DNA from: Carpediemonas membranifera BICM
Lineage: Eukaryota > Protista > Fornicata
NCBI GenBank assembly: GCA_019828565.1
Contig: JAHDYR010000062.1
Location: 1,485,058-1,549,057, forward strand
Length of the DNA stretch: 64,000 nucleotides
Reading direction: 5' to 3'
Below are positions 54,501 to 62,975 of the stretch, piece by piece. The notes under the pieces are model-generated. The model searched no databases, had not been told where the DNA came from, and worked only from the letters and a program-made list of their open reading frames with translations. Position 1 is the first letter of the stretch, and every line of letters starts with the position of its first letter. The translations under genes and the position numbers were made by a program.

Positions 54501-55424
54501 CACGAGGTGCATGATGTCGATGGCGTACTTGGCCAGCTTGGTCCGGTCGGCCTGGAAGCAGATGAAGTCGAGGGCCTCCCTGATGTGTCGGTTGACATAC
54601 CACTGCACGAAGGCGTGGAAGGCGTCGTCCCTGGAGCGGCGGGCATGCAGGGTCTTGGCGATGTACCAGGGCTTCATGTGCTCCGTGCAGAAGTCCCACA
54701 GGAAGTCCGCCATCGTGCGGCGGTCGTCGGCGGGATGGCTAAGCAGCCCAGACCGGAAGAGAACCTTCACCCACGGGTCCACGAACTCACGGAGCACGTC
54801 CCGCTTGCTGCTCGCACCGGGCAGTTTGGGGGCGACGTGGCTCTCGTACCACTTCGGGATGAGGTGCACGGCGACGGTGGCGAGCTCGGGGGTGCGGTGG
54901 CAGCGGTCGAGCTTCATGACAACCTCCTCGACGGCCTCCTTACGGGCAAATTTGCGCTCGATCTCGGCCTCAAGGGCCTCGGCGGGAAGGGCGCCACGGA
55001 GCTTTCTCCTGCCCTCCTTGGTGGCTGTAGCGAACAGCTTCTGGACGAGGACACGGGCCTCGGGGCACTTGCTGTGGATAACACGGGAGGTGATCATGTC
55101 GGCCATGCTCTTGGAGGCGGCAGCGAGAGCAGCGAGGAAGGCGCTGTCGTGCTGGTTGGCATAAGCGATGAACGAGGTGCGGATGGCCGTGCGAGCAAGC
55201 ATCATCTTGAGCTCGCGGAATACAGCGACGCTGTCCGAGGTAATAAGGGCCATAATGGCGGCATTATCGCGCTTGATGCAAGCGAGGTGGGCGAAAATGA
55301 TCTGCTCGTCGGCAGTCTTCGGGGAGAGGGTGCTCAAATCGGTCTCATCAGCAATGCTGGCGAGATAACGTAGCTTTTGGGCGCGGCTAACGGCCTCGTT
55401 GTACTTCTCAAGGATTGCCTCCAT
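51534..55424 (-). CDS. Hypothetical alpha-solenoid-like protein, about 1296 aa
   Basis: Long ORF, strong GC3 bias, amphipathic helical pattern. Confidence 0.7.
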   Translation of the reverse strand: MEAILEKYNEAVSRAQKLRYLASIADETDLSTLSPKTADEQIIFAHLACIKRDNAAIMALITSDSVAVFRELKMMLARTAIRTSFIAYANQHDSAFLAALAAASKSMADMITSRVIHSKCPEARVLVQKLFATATKEGRRKLRGALPAEALEAEIERKFARKEAVEEVVMKLDRCHRTPELATVAVHLIPKWYESHVAPKLPGASSKRDVLREFVDPWVKVLFRSGLLSHPADDRRTMADFLWDFCTEHMKPWYIAKTLHARRSRDDAFHAFVQWYVNRHIREALDFICFQADRTKLAKYAIDIMHLVLPYTRAMGLSQERADFLAVLADSMLTTRNHNGVAAVLEHTNIMTREEATTALVRTVTHYAAEYDNLTVKHHKRVWSVNAHRIRHDLIPAATRVLFAETMWRHRVDLELDRDNTELIRLAGLLSAEETANHTSAVETELYSGFGTRSRVIDERQAAFQALFTAGHRDNICVSIRAVRGVMRRQNDEWFVPQFRSMLTALVAIPSIRTMDAYARTQLAALYGDVLTTFGAATFEGQTLANTMLAVARLALVHPACPETRKCLADIALAIVRYFVPKDSVNRTFPRDSVGIDTFDFEKEWAILYTRPGDYSRRLIHPRPRPMKVAQKERNAIIRRRKRLSRACAIDLALVQPILDYCLPHVLTPAQERLGDSLLTVVRNNQPVSSNDYLARRCPVAVVYGILGNLSAWRRSLKKYLASIDKNDALIRSNVLNVFGVKHVGPNTPYSQPMWCPARYVEVLRSALTTAIDETKAAMTHKHVPSSEPTMTATLRRLVQTLAALPIDTQPAVKSALTEEAAIAAEMHSHALAGLSESLSADVDLMVCILRNANVANVANAMMTKALDLAPAARLLAALQTIVGAATTLSPMGVRVVCAFLLRYYAARKLAVADIVPLLASLWTACKPARGAVLFVTVETLYQQHKAGESFDPVLLGIIAQAAEQPDDQQLHKMLICAVSDAFTDLIDFDNDRFDSTGNMSCCGPKQRELAEEIATRMLPIMQHGDETIATSMLEALATADLPETTRVPSLVCLEARKFVQSAGERNITKRLFKATLRLAYDPAEGPAGLCNALEALKKSVDDRITHLAAETLEDTMPPRFIGPMVRNVIIDISRTTIPDDALAALCTSVADIVEDSAMVAEGIADVIRAVAVTRTDLQPAEEKGEWLAPHAHWFRKLADYLTTLDRASWTNVVGALKHFLPMDDLVATPLMECIDIAKTYNSDAVWTAVLHIADTQTAVRFTSVSGKELISALMQKDMPVIARKWAFGKLLRRGQ

Positions 55425-56438
55425 TGACTTGATTATTGCTGAGTCGGCGAAGTCACATCTCCGAGATGGGATACGACTTCGCCAGTCACCCCGCCACAAC
55501 ATGGGCCAAATAACGGCAGGTCCGAAAGCTGCATTTACAAGGCGCTGCTCAGTGGCTCCGGTGCATGTCGCAGGCGTCGTAGCAATAAAAATCATAAACT
55601 AATGCCTCGGCCGCATCTGAAAATGCCGAGACATCAACCGCACCCCGTCCTCCTCGCGGCGAGGCCTGGCCGACCGAGCTCTACCCCCCAGCAGCGGCAG
55701 TGCCGTGTACCGGGCAGGGGCCGAGCCGTCCGCGTCGACGAAGAGAGAACATTGCCTCTCCGAAAAATGGTGAGCATTTCGATGGAATCATGACACACGC
55801 AGTATCTGAGGTCGGGTTGAAGGCTAGGCGATGGCCAACAGAACAGCCATGCCCGATGCCGGATGTCCCAACGCGGGCATTGCATCGGCGCCCGGATTCC
55901 GAAGACAGTATTACTGGTGATTGGGTAACAACAGCGGTTTACACCAAGAGCTGCCAAAATGGGGGCGGGTGATAGCTCGCCGCATCAGTATCGCCATCAC
56001 ACAACCGCCGGAGATCCGGTCATTGCGAGGTCAGCCTCTGAGTCACACGTGGGTCGAGTGCTCAATCCGGTAAGGACCGTCATCCAGTAATGAGCCGCCA
56101 TGTCTGCGTCTCGTCCGTGTCTGTTCGAACTCGGAGCTGGGCTAGGGATGCCCTCAGCACCTCCTTGTACTGCGACGACAGTGCCGGTAGTCCCGGCGGG
56201 GCATTAGCTCCGTCTAGTGGTGAGTGGCTAGAAAGAAGTTTGATCCAGCTGTTCCAGCTATTCGCGAGGCTCACCGTCTCACAGGTCGCGAAGATGAAGA
56301 GAAGTAATGCACAAATGGCAAAGAAGAACATGAATAAGAAAATCATCAGATGTACTCTTCAAGACTAAACTATTGGGATGGGTTGAATAGTGCGGAGACC
56401 TTCAAGATTTTCTGCTTCCCGTGATAGCAAGCGTCGAC

Positions 56439-56469
56439 TGTGCCACGCAGGATAAGAATACTTGAGTCT
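56439..56469 (-). repeat. 31-nt direct repeat, right copy (putative guide of element 2)
   Basis: tgtgccacgcaggataagaatacttgagtct; 30/31 identical to 58863-58893. Confidence 0.95.
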
Positions 56470-56630
56470 GTTGCGCAGTATAAACACATTGTTTGACCCT
56501 TCAATAGCACAGAGTCCAAAACACACAGTGATCCAAGCAGCATCAGGATCGCAGTGTGGTTCATCATACTCTATCAATCGTGCGCAGCATATCACGCGCG
56601 CTGCAGCGCGTGCTTGCTCAACTTAGCAAG
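56450..56630 (-). ncRNA. Candidate omegaRNA of Fanzor element 2
   Basis: Downstream of stop: hairpins CTTGCT/AGCAAG, CACGCGC/GCGCGTG, CACAC..GATCC/GGATC..GTGTG, GACTCT/AGGGTC, closing TGCTGCGCA/TGCGCAACA; same 22-nt 3' end as element 1. Confidence 0.62.
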
Positions 56631-58509
56631 TTAATGATAGCGAGGAAGAGCACCTCTCTGGGAGTCGTAGTGGAAAGGAGATTGCTCTATCTGATCTGAA
56701 GTTGCATCGTAGGTGCACCAAAGGATGTTCTCGCTGGCGCTCTTATCTCGGTGAGAGAGATTGAGAAGTATGTCTCTCTGCTCGGGATGCCGACGTAGCC
56801 GTTCAACGCGCCATGGAGCTCCCTCGCACGCGGGATTCTGGCAGAGCATGGTGCGGTGTGTGTGCACCACACGTCTGAAGTGTGTTTTGCAGTATGGGCA
56901 CACGATGGAAGTGCGGAATTCCGAGACCATCGTGACAGTCACGACGACGTTGTGCCGGAGCATTATGCCAGGAAGTGCTCGAGCAAAGTGGCGGTACGGA
57001 GCACAGGAGGGAGTGCCGGCGGAACCGAACAGTGCAGCCCCATACGCGACTTCGAGATGAATGGGCTCCGGGGGGCGCCCGCCGAGATCATCCAGGAGTT
57101 GACGTCCAGCCCGGGCGAAGTGCTTCAGGCGCAGACAGTGATTGGCAAAACTCGCACGGCGGAAACACTTTCTCATCCCCTCGTTGATGATCTGAACGAT
57201 GTTCTCATGGACAAACCTAATCGACTGTTTGAGAGCCTCTAGACTTGTCGTTTTGAACGATGCTGCGCTCATATTCACGCGGAAAGAGGGGGGTGGCAGT
57301 GTAGCCACACTTAGCGAGTACGCCAGATACACTCTGCCCGTCTGGGCGGCGGATCGTGTAGCCGCCCAGCGACCGAGCACCAGGGTCGAAGCCCATGAGA
57401 GCTTGAATGTCCGGGGCAGGAGTGCCTCGGCGTCATCCTGACCGAGCCGAGCCCGCTTGTTATTGTTACCCTTTTTGTACGTGGGCCGGTCAGCCACCCG
57501 ACCGCCACGGTATTTCTCGCGACCCACCCAAACCGTCACAGCAACAGAGACCCCGTCTGTCTTCACAGAGAGCACTCTGCGGAGCTTGGTGATGTCGCCG
57601 TGATCACGCTCGTATCTATCAACCTGCTCAGTGGTCTAGTTCTTGGTTGCTGACCAATTCACGTGCACACGGAGGCGCCTCTTCATCGCTGGGGTGAGCG
57701 CTGTTACTCCGCGCTCGATGGTCATGAACCCAGGCCTGACCGGTGCCATCGGCACGAACGGAATGAGCTTCAGCTCTGGCAGAGCCTGGCTGAGCTCGAG
57801 GTTCACGGCACGAGGGAGTGTGACCAGCTTGGTTACTGCAGCACTCATGCGCGTGACGCACGACAGCACGCCGACAAGGGCCTCGGCCACGGTACCAGTG
57901 CGACCCACCCGTTGCCCCTCGGGCAATGCATGCATTTGAGGATGATACCTGTCATGATCGGCGGCTATGGCGGCAACCTCAGTGTCGAGCTCGCCTAGGG
58001 TGTCGAGAAAATCCTGTCGAACACCCGGCCGATCATGGAGGAGCGGACGCACCCGTTCTAATCCAGCACGAAGACGGGTCAGGTACCCGGGTGACGCGCG
58101 CGAGAGCCAGACCCGGGTGGCTGTGGAGTACTCGCCCAACCAGGTGTCAAATGGCTTGCACAAGCCAAGGTAGCTATAAGCCGTGACGAAGTCCTGGACG
58201 AGTGGGGTTATGTCAGGGTCCCTCCACATCGCCAGGTCGCCAATCCACCTGCACCGATCCGCTGCCTTTGCCTTGGACTTTTCCCTTGGCAATGCTGACG
58301 ATCTGCGCGAGGACCTCCTCATCGAACAGGTTGACCGTAGATGCAGAGACGCACGCAAGCAGGCAAGTGAATGTGTACTTAGCCTGCGTGAAAGAACGCA
58401 TGCCGGGTTCAAGATTTCCTCGCCGCGGCGCGTTGTTATCGCCTCCGCCGTTAATCTCGCCAATGGCCTTGTTAACGGAAGCCTTCACCGTGTATATCTT
58501 GGAAGGCAT
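56631..58509 (-). pseudogene. Fanzor1-like TnpB-family RuvC nuclease, about 625 aa, disrupted
   Basis: IYTVKASVNK, VKTDGVSVAV, off-frame LMGFDPGARSLGGY (about 57290-57420), YGAALFG..CAPY, VSEFRTSIVCPYC, CQNPAC, HRDKSASENIL; TAG 57636-57638 and several frameshifts; shares FVPMAPVRPGFM-type block with element 1. Confidence 0.88.
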
Positions 58510-58660
58510 CGGAGTCTATTGAGCTGCCTGCATCGAGCATTTCTTTTCAGGGTTCATCAGCTGGCAGCATCCCTCAAAACACAAGAAACCGCATCATACA
58601 ACACAAAGCGTCTTTACTACCAGCTACAACCGCTTTCCACCACTAGTGTCTCTCACAACA

Positions 58661-58678
58661 GACGACGACGACGACGAC
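58661..58678 (+). repeat. (GAC)6 microsatellite in element 2 left subterminus
   Basis: gacgacgacgacgacgac. Confidence 0.85.
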
Positions 58679-58862
58679 GTCATGAGCTTCAGACGCCAGC
58701 AATGGACGACAGATGAGCGCGTAACAGACGAGCACATACGCGAAAGAAGGCAGCAGCGTTCGACACAGACGATGGACGACGCATCTTTTCGTGCAGACCG
58801 ACGACTGAAAGCACGACAGACCGATGGCACAGACGAGGGCTGAAGTGGGTGAGTGGAGGTAG

Positions 58863-58893
58863 TGTGCCACGCAAGATAAGAATACTTGAGTCT
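58863..58893 (-). repeat. 31-nt direct repeat, left copy (preceded by TTTTT in element orientation)
   Basis: tgtgccacgcaagataagaatacttgagtct; 30/31 to 56439-56469. Confidence 0.95.
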
Positions 58894-59260
58894 AAAAATC
58901 CCGCCCAGAACCGTCGCCCTTACCATTGCCGACGCCCTCATGTCCGCTACCCTTTTGGTGTATGATAGGTGGGCAGTCAGGCTGAACCTGTTTAGTCCCC
59001 TGGAGTTCATCCCGGGGGGGTTGACAGCCTAAGCCTTCTTTACATGAACCCCCAGTAAACATCTCTAAATACCACAACAACACGATACATAAACTGCGAC
59101 GTCGCAAATTCTGGAATTTATGGTGGGCCCGAGTGGCGCATCGTTCTCGCTACCTCTACGATAGACTCTCATCGGCATGATTTGCTGGTTCTTCATTCCC
59201 ATTCAGCACCAGGTTCGCTGTGAGGACGCTGTCATCATCATTTGACCCCTGCATATCTGC

Positions 59261-59608
59261 TCAGTGCATGCCTGCCTGGATCATGCGAGCCACTGCACGC
59301 TTTGTTTCGCGCTCAGCGCTCATGTGGAGGTCACTCGAGAGGCTTTTGACGTCCTCGTCGACTTTGATGGCTGCAAGACGCTCTGCCGTCATGTTTCGAA
59401 GTTCCATGTATGCCTTCTTGCACTCGTCGGCAAACTCCCTGTCCAAATCCGGCATTTCGGGGAAGCTGTCCATGTTCTCGCACAACGCGGCATTCCCTGG
59501 AATATACGAACGGAACACCAGCGTCTTCGGAACCTCTTTAGTCGGTTTCAATGACTCAAAGCTCATGAATATGCGGCAATCACTTACTGCACCGATAATC
59601 GTGCGCAT
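59261..59608 (-). CDS. Cwf18/CCDC12-like splicing factor
   Basis: LVFRSYIP and K.D.DVK...ERETKRAVARMI resemble Cwf18 FRNY.P and K.DWDLK...T.RAI. Confidence 0.6.
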   Translation of the reverse strand: MRTIIGAVSDCRIFMSFESLKPTKEVPKTLVFRSYIPGNAALCENMDSFPEMPDLDREFADECKKAYMELRNMTAERLAAIKVDEDVKSLSSDLHMSAERETKRAVARMIQAGMH

Positions 59609-59725
59609 AAACTGCCCGTCCAGAAGTGGAATTTAACATGAACCCCCCTCAACGATATCTCAGGCTATCCGCTCTTGGGCTGCGGTTACGGCAGACCAAC
59701 GCCCCCAACGACCCGTGAGCATGAC

Positions 59726-60142
59726 CTACACCCCGACGGCATTGAACGAGGGCCGGACGGTGAACAAGGCTCGCCGCCGCACCACGGCGCTGATGGTGTA
59801 GGATGTGTGGTGTTGGGCACTGTTGTCCACCGCGCCGACGATGGCCTGGGACTGCATGGCCTTGAGCCGCTCCTCGTCCGCAGAGATGGCCGCCTCGACG
59901 TCCCGTTGGCGCTTCATCACAAGGAACGGCTTCTGAAGCGTCTCCCACTTGCCAATAAGCCGGTGAAATCCCGAGATCAGTACAGGTTTGCCGTCCTCCT
60001 CCACAAGGTTGCCGATCTCGCGCCCTTGCCGCTGTTCTGAGGAAACATCGAAGTGCCCCTGGAACTCGAAGAGCACCCACTCATCGATCGTGCCAGTACG
60101 GTTGAATATGGGAATCGGCTTCGATATTTGCCGCGTTCTCAT
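59726..60142 (-). CDS. CTF8: Ctf8 (Ctf18-RFC subunit)
   Basis: EWVLFEFQG, IGNL, L.ISGFHRLIGK..L.KPFLVM, Y.ISAVVRRRALF..RP. Confidence 0.85.
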   Translation of the reverse strand: MRTRQISKPIPIFNRTGTIDEWVLFEFQGHFDVSSEQRQGREIGNLVEEDGKPVLISGFHRLIGKWETLQKPFLVMKRQRDVEAAISADEERLKAMQSQAIVGAVDNSAQHHTSYTISAVVRRRALFTVRPSFNAVGV

Positions 60143-60316
60143 GTGGGGCGATGACGCGTGAACGCTTTGCGCCAATTCTGCGGGAAGCATGGAATCGCAT
60201 GGAGCAGCCAACATGACACGGTAGTACATAACAGCCACGGGAGCTGAATAGCCAGCAGGGCACAGGCATATCTCCCACGCCACCCCTCGAGTTGAGCTTT
60301 TATCTATATTCATCAC

Positions 60317-61387
60317 TTAAATACCCGTCTGCGCGAGGTTTGCGTGCAGTATGATGTCCTGCACGTCAGAGAGCACCTGCCTGATCTGGTTCGTGTCTGT
60401 CGCACAGGTGAAGTGGGGGTAGATCTGCTTGTGCCACGTCTTCGACCGGTTGAGCTCGAGGAAGCGGTTCATGACGTAGTCCTTGGCCGCGTTGTAATCA
60501 TTGCCCACCTTCGCAGCATGCGGGAAGCAGCACGTGAGGTCCTTGCGCTTGATCTTCTCCCGGAAGAGGTCGACCTTGTTAAAGAAGAGGATGAACGACT
60601 TGTCGATGAACCAACGGTTGTTGCAGATCTCGTCGAACAACAGCAGGCTCTCCTTCATGCGGTTCTGGGTCGGGTCCTCGATCAGCACCTGGTCGAACTC
60701 GGAGAGCGCCACGACGAAGATGACGGCAGTGACGTTGTCGAACACGTGGATCCACTTCTTCCGCTCGTTACGCTGCCCGCCGACGTCGATGAGCTTGAAC
60801 TTGACGCCGTCGATGAGGAACTCCGACTCGATGATTCCGGACGTCTTCACGCGGGAGCGGACGACATCCTGCTGCGTCGGCGAGTAGTTCGGCTGTGAGA
60901 CCTCCTTGAGCTTCGCAAAGAAGTATGCCGCCGAGTCGTTGAGCGAGAACTCGTGTGCGCGGCGGTAGGCCTGCTGGATGGCGGGGTCCTGCCACAGTGC
61001 CTCAATGTCCTCCGCGAGCTCGGAATCGAGCGGTTGCATCGGTGGGAGTTGCATCACATACTCAGCCCGGGATCTAGATGCGGGGTTTTCGATGTTGATG
61101 CCCAGTGAGTTGCAGGCAGAAACTAGGACCTTCATGGACTGAATGATGTTTGAGTGAACCACTGAACGGTACTGCATCCGCTCCCTCTCGTTGAATCCAC
61201 CGGCGTTGATGATCTTCATCTGCTTCACAATGGTGGACTTGCCAGACTCTCCCGATCCTAGCAACAGCACGCGGATTTCTTGGTCTTGCTTTCTACGGTC
61301 CTTCTTTAGGGACTTGTCGATGGCTTTCGAGGCCTTCCTGGCACGCTTTTCGTCTTCAGAGAGGTTGCTTGATCCGCAGCAAGCCAT
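60317..61387 (-). CDS. Heterotrimeric G-protein alpha subunit
   Basis: GSGESGKST, RVKTSGI, DVGGQRNERKKW, NKVD, TCATDT. Confidence 0.97.
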   Translation of the reverse strand: MACCGSSNLSEDEKRARKASKAIDKSLKKDRRKQDQEIRVLLLGSGESGKSTIVKQMKIINAGGFNERERMQYRSVVHSNIIQSMKVLVSACNSLGINIENPASRSRAEYVMQLPPMQPLDSELAEDIEALWQDPAIQQAYRRAHEFSLNDSAAYFFAKLKEVSQPNYSPTQQDVVRSRVKTSGIIESEFLIDGVKFKLIDVGGQRNERKKWIHVFDNVTAVIFVVALSEFDQVLIEDPTQNRMKESLLLFDEICNNRWFIDKSFILFFNKVDLFREKIKRKDLTCCFPHAAKVGNDYNAAKDYVMNRFLELNRSKTWHKQIYPHFTCATDTNQIRQVLSDVQDIILHANLAQTGI

Positions 61388-61553
61388 TCTCTGCTGGATC
61401 GTCCGTTTGCTTTTTTTTTCTTGCACGCAATTCTGCAAGCCACCAGCGTATGACCAGCTTGGTAATGCAGCATTCAGTGACCAAATTCAACCAATGCCAC
61501 GGACTTTTATGCTACAGGCTTGCCAGAATTTATGATGATGATGGACGTCTGGC

Positions 61554-62708
61554 CTAGTCGCTGAGCCGCCCCGGGCTCCCATACTGGTGCCGCCACGTGT
61601 GAGCCTGGGCGAGCAGCTCCGCCAGCTCCTCGTCGCCCCAGGAGTCGGTCAGAGTCCGGACATGCTGCAGCAGGTGGATTGTCTGCTGGAAGTCCGCCTC
61701 CAGGATCCCGGCCGAGAACTGGGCCAGCAACGCCGCGCACACGAAGACATGGTACAGGGGCAGCCCGGCCTGGGTGCCGAGGGTCGAGTGCCCGGCCTCG
61801 GCCAGCTCGGACAGGTACGTGTCAAGCAGCCGGATGCCGAGGGCGAGGGGCAGCTCGCGGAGGAGCAGGCAGTTCATCCACCGGAAGCAGACGTGCAACA
61901 GGTCCGCCCCCACCTCGTCCATATGTTGCTTGACCTCGGGGCACACCTGGCTGAGGGCAGACCCCAGCTGACGCAGCATGCGGTGGATGCCCGGCTGGGA
62001 CGCCGTGTACGCGTCCTGGAACGCCGCCAGGATCGTCTGGAACGTGTAGAAGCAGTCCGCCTCGACGTCGAGCCACTGGTCTTCGGTGATCCCGTCGTCT
62101 TTGCCCGTCGTCATGTCGTACCCGCGGTGCCCGGCGAACACGGCCACGAGCGGCGTCACGACGTCCATGACACCCTGGACATAGCCGCAGGCAGGGTGAC
62201 GCGCCGCCCATATGTACAGCAGTCGGGCCACGAGGGCTCTGACGGGCGGGGTCTGCATCCCAGGCAGGTCGGGGGCGTTGCGGGGGAGATCGAGGTCCGC
62301 GATCTGATGCCACGTCGGCTGGTCGGACGCAACGCCGTCTACAGGGCCGAGCTTGTCCACTAACTTGCGGTACGCGGCCCGGTTAGTGGTGAGGAGAGCC
62401 GGGTTCTCCGCTTCGATGCCACAAAGTCTGCGCCATGCAGAAGCTCGGAATTCGGGCGGTGCTCCGGTCCAGCAGCAATTCGCCAGCGATATCAATTCTA
62501 TTTGTGTTGTATCTGCCTCTGCAAACATTGTTCTTATCCTGTTGTGGTTGCTGGCCTGGGCTGGAGTCGGCGATGAGGCCGCAGAACTGGCTCTTGGCGT
62601 GCTTGCAGCCGAAAGTGGCTGACGCATTCTAAGTATCTTATTTGGGTCTGAAGAGCCGCGTACGGCGATCGCTGGCAGCCTCATGCGATGTTGCGATGTT
62701 TGTTTCAT
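61554..62708 (-). CDS. TBC-domain Rab GAP (TBC1D22/Gyp1-like)
   Basis: IADLDLPR, HPACGYVQG, VEADCF, QPGI, FRWMNCLLLRE, HVFVCAA. Confidence 0.9.
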   Translation of the reverse strand: MKQTSQHRMRLPAIAVRGSSDPNKILRMRQPLSAASTPRASSAASSPTPAQASNHNRIRTMFAEADTTQIELISLANCCWTGAPPEFRASAWRRLCGIEAENPALLTTNRAAYRKLVDKLGPVDGVASDQPTWHQIADLDLPRNAPDLPGMQTPPVRALVARLLYIWAARHPACGYVQGVMDVVTPLVAVFAGHRGYDMTTGKDDGITEDQWLDVEADCFYTFQTILAAFQDAYTASQPGIHRMLRQLGSALSQVCPEVKQHMDEVGADLLHVCFRWMNCLLLRELPLALGIRLLDTYLSELAEAGHSTLGTQAGLPLYHVFVCAALLAQFSAGILEADFQQTIHLLQHVRTLTDSWGDEELAELLAQAHTWRHQYGSPGRLSD

Positions 62709-62975
62709 AAACTGCGCGTTGATTCGAGCGTGTCCCGGACGGTAGTGGGCGTGGGTGTTGAAGCATGCGGTTCATCGAGTGCATCGGAGCCATTACTCAT
62801 GGAATCTCATCTCCCCCACCACCACGCCACCATGCTGGGACGTTGTCACAAACTCGGATAACAGGAGTCAGGCCGACGGTATCCAAGCCCAAGAGGGCTG
62901 TGGCTGGGCCTCTCTGTTTGTGCGGGTCTGTCGCAGACTGGATCTGGGTTTTGATCCAGCCTCATCTCATCGGTG

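Larger units (their letters stand above)
56469..58862 (-). mobile_element. Fanzor element 2 (non-autonomous, decayed), bracketed by 31-nt direct repeats
   Basis: Flanking repeats, left end CTACCTCCACTCAC, TCGTC-rich subterminus, Fanzor pseudogene, conserved right end. Confidence 0.8.

Noticed and set aside
56041-56054. agtcacacgtgggt as target of the element 1 guide (gtcacgtgggt)
   Set aside because: Only a 9-nt contiguous match around palindromic CACGTG; plausible by chance
56631-57575. Catalytically dead Fanzor acting as a repressor
   Set aside because: RuvC D, E and D codons are all present (RuvC-I in a shifted frame); inactivation is by stops and frameshifts
58860-58864. CACTA/CACTG at both left junctions suggesting EnSpm/CACTA transposons
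   Set aside because: No matching TAGTG/CAGTG inverted terminus at the right ends and no 3-bp TSD; cannot be fully excluded
56439-58893. CRISPR array
   Set aside because: Only two repeat copies 2.4 kb apart; no repeat-spacer periodicity or cas genes
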